IMG/VR virus record: IMGVR_UViG_3300045051_000531
From: a virus
Length of the DNA: 64,000 nucleotides
Reading direction: 5' to 3' (one strand)
Below, piece after piece: positions 1-8,370 of this stretch. Under the pieces are notes generated by a model. The model had not been told where the DNA came from. It was given only the letters and a program-made list of their open reading frames with translations, and made no database searches. The position numbers were made by a program, and so were the translations under genes. The stretch's first letter is position 1; each line of letters starts with the position of its first letter.

Positions 1-1
1 C

Positions 2-364
2 GAGGACTTCGAACCGGTCTACGAGGCCCAGATCAATGCGTGGTGGGCTCACAACGTCATCGTGACCAACGCCAACATCCGGTTCGTGACGACCCCTCGG
101 GGCCTGTTCACGTTCCCGGAGTTCAAGCTGACCTACGGCAAGGATCTCATCGAGCACATCCAGGACTACCGGGCAGCCCGGAACGATGAGCTCCTCGAGA
201 TCATCACGCACATCACGTCGCCACTGGTCAAGAAGCGGGTCACCCTGGCTGATGATGCCGGGCGCCTGATCACGCGCGAGATCGTTGTCCTGGACTCCCT
301 GGAGCAGCAGCTCTGGCGACTTCCGGCGGGAACCAAGCTGATGTCGATCGACGATAACGGTTGA
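2..364 (+). CDS. hypothetical protein, 5'-truncated by window edge
   Basis: Frame of ORF 62..364 is open back to position 2 (EDFEPVYEAQINAWW...). Confidence 0.7.
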   Translation, partial: EDFEPVYEAQINAWWAHNVIVTNANIRFVTTPRGLFTFPEFKLTYGKDLIEHIQDYRAARNDELLEIITHITSPLVKKRVTLADDAGRLITREIVVLDSLEQQLWRLPAGTKLMSIDDNG

Positions 365-389
365 CATCTGTATATGGCTCTTGCATATT
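361..389 (+). promoter_or_regulatory. sigma70-like promoter
   Basis: TTGACA(361-366)-N17-CATATT(384-389) upstream of GGA/ATG 418; GGCTCT/AGAGCC inverted repeat (376-396) overlaps the -10. Confidence 0.5.
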
Positions 390-417
390 CAGAGCCTAAC
401 CACTACGGAAGGACAAC

Positions 418-732
418 ATGACCGACGTCACCCAGTACGCGTTCGAAGTGCACGCCCCGACGGCGGGCCGCGAGGGAACCTTCACGGCCACGCTGCGGAT
501 CCCGGTTCAGGCCGGCGAGGGCGGCAAGCCCGGCAACGAGAGCCAGGTCCTCCACTACATCCGGTCGATTCAGCTCAAGAACGACTTCATGAACGGGTGG
601 TGCAAGGACAACGCCGCAGGCTACGGCCTCGAGATCCGCGGCGGCCCCAGGCCGGTCTTCAAGGTCGCCAACGATCGCACCTCGGGGGTCACCGCTTACG
701 AGCAGGACTTCCGGCTGACCCGCCCGATCTGA
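418..732 (+). CDS. hypothetical protein
   Basis: 104 aa, RBS, strongly GC3 codons. Confidence 0.8.
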   Translation: MTDVTQYAFEVHAPTAGREGTFTATLRIPVQAGEGGKPGNESQVLHYIRSIQLKNDFMNGWCKDNAAGYGLEIRGGPRPVFKVANDRTSGVTAYEQDFRLTRPI

Positions 733-733
733 C

Positions 734-1147
734 ATGGCCGACAAGAACGACATCGTTCTGACCTACCTGATGGGGGTCAACCTCGCCGACCAGGAAGCCA
801 ACTTCAGAGGCGTCCTGGAGAACATCGCGGAGGTCCCCGGGACCCCCAAGATCAGGGACCTCGTGATCGCGACGACAGCGATCCTGATGTCCCTGGGTGG
901 TCTGGGTTGGCCGGTCATCATGCGGGTCATGACGCATCTCAAGACGCGTAGTGACTCCCAGCTCCAGCAGGATGCCGTGGCCATCATCAACGGGGCCTAC
1001 TTGGTGCTCCCCGGTGCTGATGGTGCCGTCATCGCGTTGGAGCTCGCTACGTTGCGCACGGTTCCCGAGCTCGGTCCCGCGTTCGTCTCGACGATCTACT
1101 CCATGACGGCGGTATGGGAACGGACCACGGAGATCCTGAAGGGCTAA
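734..1147 (+). CDS. hypothetical protein
   Basis: 137 aa, follows previous stop directly. Confidence 0.75.
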   Translation: MADKNDIVLTYLMGVNLADQEANFRGVLENIAEVPGTPKIRDLVIATTAILMSLGGLGWPVIMRVMTHLKTRSDSQLQQDAVAIINGAYLVLPGADGAVIALELATLRTVPELGPAFVSTIYSMTAVWERTTEILKG

Positions 1148-1686
1148 CGGCACGGTGCCCGGTCTGTGGAACTGAAGTCCGAGCCGAGGACATCAGAGCC
1201 CTGATCGCCGCCGTGAAGAAGTGCTGCGCCGCGACGCGCGTCTCTGAGACGCGCGTCCGCCCGTTTCCGGAGGTCCCGCAGCGCCGGCCTGATCCCTTGG
1301 AGCTCCCGTTCGTGGCCACGTTTACCAAGCTGGTGTCGTCGCAGAACAAGACTACGTACAGCCATTGGTCCGTGCATCACGCCGATAAGAAGGCCTGGAT
1401 AGCCCAGGTCAGGCTTCGGTTGCCGAGGTTGTTCGGGCTCCGGGCACCGTGGTCTCGTTGGAAACTTGAGCGAGTCTACTCTGGCAGGAATCGCGAGCTC
1501 GACTTCGCCAACCTGGTTGGTGGCGCCAAGCCGCTGATCGATGTCCTCACCGAGTTCGGGATCATCGTCGATGACTCCCCGGCGCACTTCCTGTGCGAGT
1601 ACGATCAGCGACGCGATGACAGCAGTCGCACTATCCTCACCCTCCTGGAGATCCGAGATGCCCGCCCGACCGACGAGGTTCGATGA
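1114..1686 (+). CDS. rusA: RusA-like Holliday junction resolvase family protein
   Basis: ELDFANLVGGAKPLIDVLTEFGIIVDDS matches RusA DxDN..K...DxL..G..xDD; start uncertain. Confidence 0.65.
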   Translation: MGTDHGDPEGLTARCPVCGTEVRAEDIRALIAAVKKCCAATRVSETRVRPFPEVPQRRPDPLELPFVATFTKLVSSQNKTTYSHWSVHHADKKAWIAQVRLRLPRLFGLRAPWSRWKLERVYSGRNRELDFANLVGGAKPLIDVLTEFGIIVDDSPAHFLCEYDQRRDDSSRTILTLLEIRDARPTDEVR

Positions 1687-2620
1687 GTTCAACGGTCAAC
1701 GCGACGCCGTCTTCAACCTGAAGATCGCGGTCCGATCGGCTCTTCGGCAGGAGCGGGCTCTGTCCCACGCGTTGTTCACGGGTCCAGCTGGGCTCGGGAA
1801 GACCACGTTGGCGTTGTCCGTGCTGCCGGCTGAGCTCGGTACCGATGTCAGAGCAGTGAACTGCTCCTCGATCGAGAAGCCGCAGGAGCTCACCACGGTG
1901 CTCAGCACGATGAAGGCTCGCAGCATCCTGTTTCTCGACGAGATCCACGCCTTGATCCCAGCAGCCCGGGAACACCTCCTCACCGTGATGGAGGACCGCA
2001 AGCTGTACGTCAGGATCGAGGAGGACCGCGATGTCATCGAGATCGGGTTGCCCGAGTTCACCGTCATCGGGGCGACGACCCGAGAGGGTGCCCTCGATGG
2101 GCCCCTGCGGAGTCGCTTCGGGCTCAGCTTCACGCTGCAGCCCTACGATGACGACGCCATGGCGGCGATCATCAAGTGGCATGTCTCCGAGTCCAAGTTC
2201 CTGATTCCCGACGAGGCCATCCAGTTGCTCCTGGGGGCTGCACATGGCGTCGCCAGGCGTGCCGTCAATCTGATCGAGGCCTGCATCGATTCCGCCTACG
2301 GGCGTGATGACGGTAACCGGGCAGTCGCAGCTACACCGCTGCTGAGCCCAGACATCGTGGCGTTTACGCTGACCAGGCTCGGGTTCCGCGGCAGCTTCGA
2401 TGCCAAGGAGATCAAGTACCTCAAGGTCCTGGACCGAGCTAGGCGGTACATCGGGCTCAAGGCCCTGGCAGCCACGTTGGATGAAACCACCGCGACTGTC
2501 GAGGAGGTCTACGAGCCCTGGTTGCTCAGACAGGGGTACATAGAGCGCGCCGCAGCTGGGCGCGCAATCACACAAGCCGGGATAGATGCCCTGGCTGCAG
2601 CCGAAAGGAAGGCTTCATGA
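1658..2620 (+). CDS. ruvB: Holliday junction branch-migration ATPase RuvB
   Basis: RPTRFDEFNGQ, Walker A GPAGLGKTT, Walker B LFLDEIH, IGATTREGALDGPLRSRFG, C-terminal EEVYEPWLLRQGYIER..GR; ATG 1658 chosen by homology. Confidence 0.93.
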   Translation: MPARPTRFDEFNGQRDAVFNLKIAVRSALRQERALSHALFTGPAGLGKTTLALSVLPAELGTDVRAVNCSSIEKPQELTTVLSTMKARSILFLDEIHALIPAAREHLLTVMEDRKLYVRIEEDRDVIEIGLPEFTVIGATTREGALDGPLRSRFGLSFTLQPYDDDAMAAIIKWHVSESKFLIPDEAIQLLLGAAHGVARRAVNLIEACIDSAYGRDDGNRAVAATPLLSPDIVAFTLTRLGFRGSFDAKEIKYLKVLDRARRYIGLKALAATLDETTATVEEVYEPWLLRQGYIERAAAGRAITQAGIDALAAAERKAS

Positions 2621-3237
2621 TCGTATCTGTCTCAGGGAGGCTGACGAACGTCTATCGCATAGGTCAGGACGTCCGCGTCATCATAGAGATCCCCGCTGGG
2701 GTCAGTTTCGAGATCGTCACGGTGACCAAGCCGAAGCAGGAAGTCGGTGATCCGAGCGTGTTCATGCACACCTGGCAGGTGTTCCGTGAGGACTACCAGG
2801 TCCTGTTTGGGTTCGACAGCCTCGATGAACGGCTTCTGGCGGAAGCTGTGGCGGAGACTGATGGTATCGGACCGCGGAGCGCTGCCCGGATCGTCCGGGT
2901 TTGCGGAGGCCCCAACATCGCTACGGCGTTCCGGGCCCAGAAGACTGATGTCCTCAGGGAGCTGCTTCGTGGATCCGGGATCGGCCTGAAGACGCTCGCC
3001 AGCCTGATCCTGAACAACAAGGTCGGCGATCTCATCGATCGTTTCGATGGCGGCGACGTGCCACCGCTGTCGGCCACCATGGCGGTACGGGCACAGGCGG
3101 CTCTGGCCGAGCTCGGCATCGAGAGCCGCGAGGTCGACAATCTGATAGCGGAGACCATCAAGGCGGTTCCCGATATCACGATTGAAAAACTGGTTGGACA
3201 GACCCTCAATCTGGTTCGCGGTCTGGAGAAGAAGTAG
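2617..3237 (+). CDS. ruvA: Holliday junction DNA-binding protein RuvA
   Basis: MIVSVSG start, FREDYQVLFGF, HhH motifs TDGIGPRSA and GSGIGLKT, C-terminal ALAELG domain III-like segment; ATGA overlap with ruvB. Confidence 0.85.
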   Translation: MIVSVSGRLTNVYRIGQDVRVIIEIPAGVSFEIVTVTKPKQEVGDPSVFMHTWQVFREDYQVLFGFDSLDERLLAEAVAETDGIGPRSAARIVRVCGGPNIATAFRAQKTDVLRELLRGSGIGLKTLASLILNNKVGDLIDRFDGGDVPPLSATMAVRAQAALAELGIESREVDNLIAETIKAVPDITIEKLVGQTLNLVRGLEKK

Positions 3238-3617
3238 TGCACGTCATCGTGACATCGAACAAGACGCATCGTGTTCTCGGGCTCAAGGCGAACCTGAGCG
3301 CTGCACTGGCGGTCACCGTCGGCAACGCGTTCACGGAATCCTTCGATCCCGAGGCGCCGCTGCATGATCTCCTCAGGTCGATGTTCGGGGAGCACAAGTA
3401 CCGGTGGTTCTGTGTCGATCAGTCCGACGTGGTCTACGCGATCACGTTCTCTGACGCCGCGAATCCGCGGGTACTGGAGTACCAGGGTGCCCCGGCATCG
3501 ATCAGTGCCCCGGATCGGGCCACGCTGGAGATCAGGATGCAGGACATCGACATGATCAGGCCTGGCCGGGTGAACGTGAAAAGCGCACACTACATCCAGG
3601 ATGTTTCGCGTTCGTAG
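3237..3617 (+). CDS. hypothetical protein
   Basis: 126 aa, TAG/GTG overlap with ruvA. Confidence 0.7.
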   Translation: MHVIVTSNKTHRVLGLKANLSAALAVTVGNAFTESFDPEAPLHDLLRSMFGEHKYRWFCVDQSDVVYAITFSDAANPRVLEYQGAPASISAPDRATLEIRMQDIDMIRPGRVNVKSAHYIQDVSRS

Positions 3618-3623
3618 AGGCTC

Positions 3624-3651
3624 TTGCGATATCAGGCACCACCGCTAACCT
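3624..3651 (+). promoter_or_regulatory. sigma70-like promoter
   Basis: TTGCGA-N16-TAACCT in the intergenic gap before ATG 3670. Confidence 0.45.
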
Positions 3652-3669
3652 CCGGACCAGGGGACCTAC

Positions 3670-4881
3670 ATGGCTGACGACATCAACGAACGCTACGCGC
3701 AGAAGCTGAAGTCCAACTCGGATAAGGCTTTCGCGCAGCTCGAAAAGCTCGGTGGTTCCGCCGGTCAGGCCGCAGCCGCGGCTCACACCCAGCTGCTGAA
3801 CTGGCTGATCCAGATGGACCGGGTCACCAGGAACCCCGCCGAGCTCGCCGATGACGCCCTGGCCAATACGGCCTGCAATGTCTTCGAGAAGGTCGTCACG
3901 AAGCAGTCCAAGGGTGCCGATGATAAATGGGCCAAGCTGAACGAGGCCTTCTCGGCGCTCGGGGACGAGGACCAGCTCAACCTGATGCGGTACATCTTCG
4001 CCGCGGTCTTCGGTCACCAGGCCGTCGCAGCGGCCCTGCTGAGCCGGAGCTCCGGGAACTTCCTCTGGGAGAACACCGCGTTCCACATCGACGGCGACCT
4101 CCGCGTCGCCTTCGCCAAGGTGGGTCGCGAGCTCTACCAGGCCATCGGCTTCGACGACGGCATGCACTACATCGGGACCGATGGGTCCAAGACGCTGTGG
4201 ACCCGGGACTGGGCCATGGCGGTTCTGCTGCCGTGGGCGCCTCCGTTCACGGTCACCAAGCAGGAGGTCGAGGAGCTCGCCGAGGGTCCCAAGCTGCCGG
4301 ATCACCTCACCGAGGCCGAGATCCCCAAGATTGCTGGCGCCATCGCCAACATGGAGGAAGAGCTCGCCAAGTACAACAAGGCGTCGGCTGAGGCTAAGAA
4401 GAATGCCGAGGCTGATCTTCGCGACACCATCAAGCTGGTCCGGATCCAGGTTGTCCGGTTGGACAAGCACTGCGAAGCCTGGGTCGACAAGAACCCCGAG
4501 TACGGCCTGAACTTCGAGGCGCTCGAAGTCACCCAGCTCGCCATCACCATCCTGGAGTACCTCAGGATGCTGTTGGACAACGACAAGATGCATCGACAGA
4601 TCCAGGCTACCGTGCTCTGCGTCGGGACCCCCAAGGAGGAGCGCGCCAAGCTGTTGGACACCCTGTTGAGTGGCATCGCGCAGCAGCTCCCGCTTGAGGG
4701 TGCCACGGTCGACGGGGACGCCATGAACCGACGTCTCGACGAAGCCGCGCAGGCGATTCCCGAAGCTCGCGATCTCCTGATCCAGTTGAAGACGCAGAAC
4801 CCGGAGTGTTCTGTGCTCCAGGCAGCCAAGGAACTGATGATCTGGCTGCAGCAGGAGCGGACCAAGTTAGACGCCAAGTAG
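3670..4881 (+). CDS. hypothetical helical protein
   Basis: 403 aa, very GC3-biased codons, flanked by promoter and terminator. Confidence 0.85.
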   Translation: MADDINERYAQKLKSNSDKAFAQLEKLGGSAGQAAAAAHTQLLNWLIQMDRVTRNPAELADDALANTACNVFEKVVTKQSKGADDKWAKLNEAFSALGDEDQLNLMRYIFAAVFGHQAVAAALLSRSSGNFLWENTAFHIDGDLRVAFAKVGRELYQAIGFDDGMHYIGTDGSKTLWTRDWAMAVLLPWAPPFTVTKQEVEELAEGPKLPDHLTEAEIPKIAGAIANMEEELAKYNKASAEAKKNAEADLRDTIKLVRIQVVRLDKHCEAWVDKNPEYGLNFEALEVTQLAITILEYLRMLLDNDKMHRQIQATVLCVGTPKEERAKLLDTLLSGIAQQLPLEGATVDGDAMNRRLDEAAQAIPEARDLLIQLKTQNPECSVLQAAKELMIWLQQERTKLDAK

Positions 4882-4904
4882 ATCGCCTGATTCATCTCTC
4901 ACCG

Positions 4905-4936
4905 AGCCGCTGGTACCACCAGCGGCTTTTTCTTTT
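4905..4936 (+). terminator. intrinsic terminator
   Basis: AGCCGCTGG/CCAGCGGCT stem followed by TTTTCTTTT. Confidence 0.85.
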
Positions 4937-4946
4937 CAAGGAACCC

Positions 4947-5393
4947 ATGGTCGAACAACCCAAAATCGCCTCCCGGCTGGTCGAAGCTGCCAGAACAACG
5001 ATTCTGACCGGCTCAACCTTCGAGCTCATCGTCGATGTCATCGCGACGGATAAGCAGGGGGTCCTCGTCAACATGGACGCCTACACGCTGGCCGAGTTGA
5101 AGCGTGCCCAGGAAGCCACGACGACGTACAACAAGGTGACTCCGACGCCGCTGCTCTCCGTTCGTGGACTGACTCCCGATCAGATCGGGGAGTTCATCCA
5201 GCTCATAACCGACGGCGCCATCACGTTGCGCAACGTCATGGCCAACTTCGATTTCGCCGAGCTCGACGACGTCGCCAAGGACGCTAAGGAAGAGGAGGCC
5301 AAGGAGAAGCCGGCGGCTACCGAGACCAGCCCGGCTAGCGGCCCGGTCGTTAGTTCGTCATCGTCGGTCTCATGCGACGCGGTGGAGCCTTGA
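4947..5393 (+). CDS. hypothetical protein
   Basis: ATG 4947 after AAGGA; acidic, Ser-rich C-terminus. Confidence 0.75.
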   Translation: MVEQPKIASRLVEAARTTILTGSTFELIVDVIATDKQGVLVNMDAYTLAELKRAQEATTTYNKVTPTPLLSVRGLTPDQIGEFIQLITDGAITLRNVMANFDFAELDDVAKDAKEEEAKEKPAATETSPASGPVVSSSSSVSCDAVEP

Positions 5394-5752
5394 TCGAGTC
5401 GATCCCAGTGCAGGAGCGGATCCGGCATGACGCCGAGGACCTCCTACGTACCGGGCGTTTCCTGTACCTGGAGAACGGCGTCAAGTTCCCGCCGCGGACC
5501 AAGTACGGCAACCTGGTCGATGTTCTCGCCGATCGACACGGGCTCACCGTGATGCGGATCCGGAGGTACCTCTTCGCGGCGCGTTTCTCGCCGCTGGAGG
5601 CTCTGCAGTGGTACCGAGCGGTCTGCGGGGCCCAGGCTGTGATACCTGTGCTCTTGGAGCCCAGGGCGCCTGCGAGAAGGGCTGGACCACGCCACATCAC
5701 GGAGACACTGCGGGAGATCACCCGTGGCGCCTTCGGGGTCCACGCGCATTAA
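5390..5752 (+). CDS. hypothetical protein, possible HTH
   Basis: TTG start after GGAG overlapping previous TGA; LADRHGLTVMRIRRYL. Confidence 0.6.
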   Translation: MIESIPVQERIRHDAEDLLRTGRFLYLENGVKFPPRTKYGNLVDVLADRHGLTVMRIRRYLFAARFSPLEALQWYRAVCGAQAVIPVLLEPRAPARRAGPRHITETLREITRGAFGVHAH

Positions 5753-5770
5753 GTTCTTGCTGCGGTCAAC

Positions 5771-6562
5771 TTGTGCATAATATGTACAAGCGTGGGGCAC
5801 ATAAAAGATCGCACGGGACTTTGCATTGGTGGGGCAACCGTTATTGGTCTGGCTTCGAAACAGCCTGGGGACGCACACGCTTACTGGCGATTACGGTGCA
5901 TATGTGGGCGTGAGTTTACAAGGTCTTCAACCATGCTTGGCGCAGTCAGGGCAGCCCGACGGCCCATTACGTGTGGCTGTATCCGGGACAAGGTAGCTAA
6001 GCAGCTTTCAGCGATGCGGACTATCGATCTTACCGGGTTACGCTTTGGCAGACTGACCGTGGTAGGCCAGGTTGAACGCCCGGCGCATGTGACCGGTAAA
6101 AATCGGGCGGCCTGGTGGAGGTGTGTCTGCGATTGCGGCCGGAGTCATGTAGTCACAGCTACCTCTATGAAGTGTGGTGCTACGCGTAGCTGTGGTTGTC
6201 TCAGGATGGAGCAGCTTAAACAGCGCGGCAGCTTAATTCCGGTTAGACGGTACTTGAATACATACGTTCGAGCTGCATTGGGGCGTGGACTGGCCTGGGA
6301 ACTGTCTGTCGAGCAGTTCGAAGCCCTGATAAAGCGTCCATGCACCTACTGTGGTGAGCCGCCGAGTAAGCCGATTAAAGCGCGAGCGCATGTCGAGTTG
6401 TTCAATGGGATCGACAGGCGGGATAACAGTCGCGGCTACACACCCGATAACGTAGGCGCCTGCTGTGAACAGTGTAACAAGGCGAAACGCAGGATGTCAG
6501 CGAAAGAGTTCTTAGCCTGGGTAACCAAAGTCTATAACTTCAATAGGACAAACGATTTATGA
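5771..6562 (+). CDS. HNH/His-Me finger endonuclease, homing-endonuclease-like
   Basis: Two DxTG..G..TV..WxCxCxCG..CGC repeats plus CTYCG..GIDRRDNSRGYTPDNVGACCEQCN; more AT-rich than neighbours. Confidence 0.8.
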   Translation: MCIICTSVGHIKDRTGLCIGGATVIGLASKQPGDAHAYWRLRCICGREFTRSSTMLGAVRAARRPITCGCIRDKVAKQLSAMRTIDLTGLRFGRLTVVGQVERPAHVTGKNRAAWWRCVCDCGRSHVVTATSMKCGATRSCGCLRMEQLKQRGSLIPVRRYLNTYVRAALGRGLAWELSVEQFEALIKRPCTYCGEPPSKPIKARAHVELFNGIDRRDNSRGYTPDNVGACCEQCNKAKRRMSAKEFLAWVTKVYNFNRTNDL

Positions 6563-6870
6563 GGAAAGCCTGCGCGTCATGCGCCAGGAAACATCTCGCT
6601 CAGGCCTGCGTGCTCGCCATGGAGGCCAGGAAGGGATACCCGGTGCACGCCTGGTACGCCATCGGGCATCTCGCCGAGGCCGAGGACGAAATCCTGGAGC
6701 TCGACGAAGCCATCGCGGCCCGGATCCGGGAACACCGCGTGCTCTACATGCAGTACATCACTGAGGGCGGTCCTCGGTACGACATCCCGTACGAAGAGCT
6801 CATCCTTGGGCTCGGTAAATACGACAACGATATCGGCGAAACGCTGATCGAACCAACGAGGCAACCATGA
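6559..6870 (+). CDS. hypothetical protein
   Basis: 103 aa, CxxC..H near N-terminus, ATGA overlaps. Confidence 0.7.
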   Translation: MRKACASCARKHLAQACVLAMEARKGYPVHAWYAIGHLAEAEDEILELDEAIAARIREHRVLYMQYITEGGPRYDIPYEELILGLGKYDNDIGETLIEPTRQP

Positions 6871-7571
6871 CCGTAGTTATCTTGGACACCGAGACCGGCG
6901 GGTTCTCGCCGGCTCGGAACCCCCTGCTGTCCGTGGGGCTCCTCTTCGGGAAGCCTGGCGAAGTGCTTGAGGTCTGCAGCATCAAGATCAAGCCGCCTGA
7001 GGACACCTGGCTCGAGATCCCGATCCCCGAGGATCAGCTCAAGGGGAAGAACTCCAAGGTCATCGAGAAGTGGCTCAACCTGACCACGGGGACCCTGCAG
7101 ACCCCGACGGAGACCAAACCAGACCTCCTGATCACGGCTGTTGCCGCTGAGGTCAACGGCTTCGTAGGTGCCAGTGAGACCACACCTGGCTGGGACCTCG
7201 CACCGGCGCGGGCCTGGGGTCAGATGTCCTACAAGGACGCCTCAGCCGAGCTCCGCAAGCAGCTCGAGAAGTGGGCCCCGCTGCAGGCCACGATCGCGCA
7301 TAACGCCACGTTCGATCGAGACTTCGTGGCAACCTGGATGCCTGAGCTCACGGATGTCCTCCCGAAGCCGTGGCTGTGCACGCAGCGGACCTACAAGGCC
7401 AGGTTCCTGGGCGGCCAACAGAAGGGGTCCAGCGTCGGAGCGATCTGCAAGGTTTCCGGGTACACCGGAAACACCGGAGATCTCCATACCGCTCTGGGTG
7501 ACATCCGGGCCACTCATCACATCTGGAGCTGGTTGCTCAAGCAGGGCGACGGAACGATCGTCGCGATATAA
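6867..7571 (+). CDS. DEDDh 3'-5' exonuclease (DnaQ-like)
   Basis: ExoI ILDTETGG, ExoII IAHNATFDRDF, ExoIII LHTALGDI. Confidence 0.88.
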   Translation: MTVVILDTETGGFSPARNPLLSVGLLFGKPGEVLEVCSIKIKPPEDTWLEIPIPEDQLKGKNSKVIEKWLNLTTGTLQTPTETKPDLLITAVAAEVNGFVGASETTPGWDLAPARAWGQMSYKDASAELRKQLEKWAPLQATIAHNATFDRDFVATWMPELTDVLPKPWLCTQRTYKARFLGGQQKGSSVGAICKVSGYTGNTGDLHTALGDIRATHHIWSWLLKQGDGTIVAI

Positions 7572-7577
7572 TCAGAG

Positions 7578-7625
7578 TTCAAGCGGGCCCGGAGTCCATT
7601 CCGAGTCTTCCGGGCCCGACTTGAA
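7578..7625. repeat. bulged inverted repeat / hairpin
   Basis: TTCAAG-CGGGCCCGGA ... TCCGGGCCCG-A-CTTGAA. Confidence 0.85.
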
Positions 7626-7649
7626 ACCCCATACGAACTGCGTTAGGCT
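7621..7649 (+). promoter_or_regulatory. sigma70-like promoter
   Basis: TTGAAA-N17-TAGGCT, then GAGGAGG and GTG 7669. Confidence 0.6.
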
Positions 7650-7668
7650 GAACAGCCGAGGAGGCCAC

Positions 7669-7890
7669 GTGGCAGTTATTCCGGGGCGCGCCCCACAACA
7701 CGATCCAGAAGATATCATCGGTAGAATGAACGATCTCTGCGAGCTCTCCGGGGAGGATTCCAAGCTCTCCGATTGGGAGATCGATTTCGTTGACAGCGTT
7801 GCCAAGCAGATCGAACAGGGGCGCACGCTGTCGGCGGCTCAGCAGAACAAGGTGCTAGATCTGCACCGCAAGCACTGCGGCGGTGGCTGA
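7669..7890 (+). CDS. hypothetical protein
   Basis: GTG after GAGGAGG; LSDWEIDFVDSV..Q..GRTLS motif. Confidence 0.75.
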   Translation: MAVIPGRAPQHDPEDIIGRMNDLCELSGEDSKLSDWEIDFVDSVAKQIEQGRTLSAAQQNKVLDLHRKHCGGG

Positions 7891-8369
7891 TGTGGATCCT
7901 CGCCATTGACGTGCGCGACGGGCAACGCCTCGCGTTCCCGCAGCTCACCACTGCGATCAGCTTCGATGTCGCCAAGCACAAGAGCTGGCTGGAGGCCGAG
8001 ACCAAGCGTCTCGAGTTCACCAAGGACGCCGCGCTCGCCAAGCATCGCGCCGAGATCGTGCTGGGTACTGTGACCGGGCGTGAGAACAGCATCGAGCGTC
8101 GCGAATACGAGGAACGCATCGAGGCCATCATGGCGTCCGCGATGGACCAGGCCGACGAGCAGTTCAAGGCGTTCAAGCGTCGCGCCGCCAAGGAGTCCTC
8201 GCTGGAGGCCTTGCTCTACTTCAACGGCGCCGCCTATCCGGTGCGTGCAGTTCGTCTGGTGACGTCATGGGACGACGTCGCTCATTTCACAGGACGTGAG
8301 CCGGAGCGGTTCTCGACCGATGACAAAGACATGCCCAAGTTCGACGATAAACCCAAGCCAGGAGGCTGA
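7890..8369 (+). CDS. hypothetical protein
   Basis: 159 aa, TGATG overlap. Confidence 0.8.
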   Translation: MWILAIDVRDGQRLAFPQLTTAISFDVAKHKSWLEAETKRLEFTKDAALAKHRAEIVLGTVTGRENSIERREYEERIEAIMASAMDQADEQFKAFKRRAAKESSLEALLYFNGAAYPVRAVRLVTSWDDVAHFTGREPERFSTDDKDMPKFDDKPKPGG

Positions 8370-8370
8370 C

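Noticed and set aside
1114-1686. RuvC call for the gene beside ruvAB
   Set aside because: No RuvC GIDPG or RNase H-fold motifs; the pattern fits RusA.
6867-7571. Intein in the exonuclease insert
   Set aside because: No Cys/Ser start with His-Asn end signature; the insert is too short.
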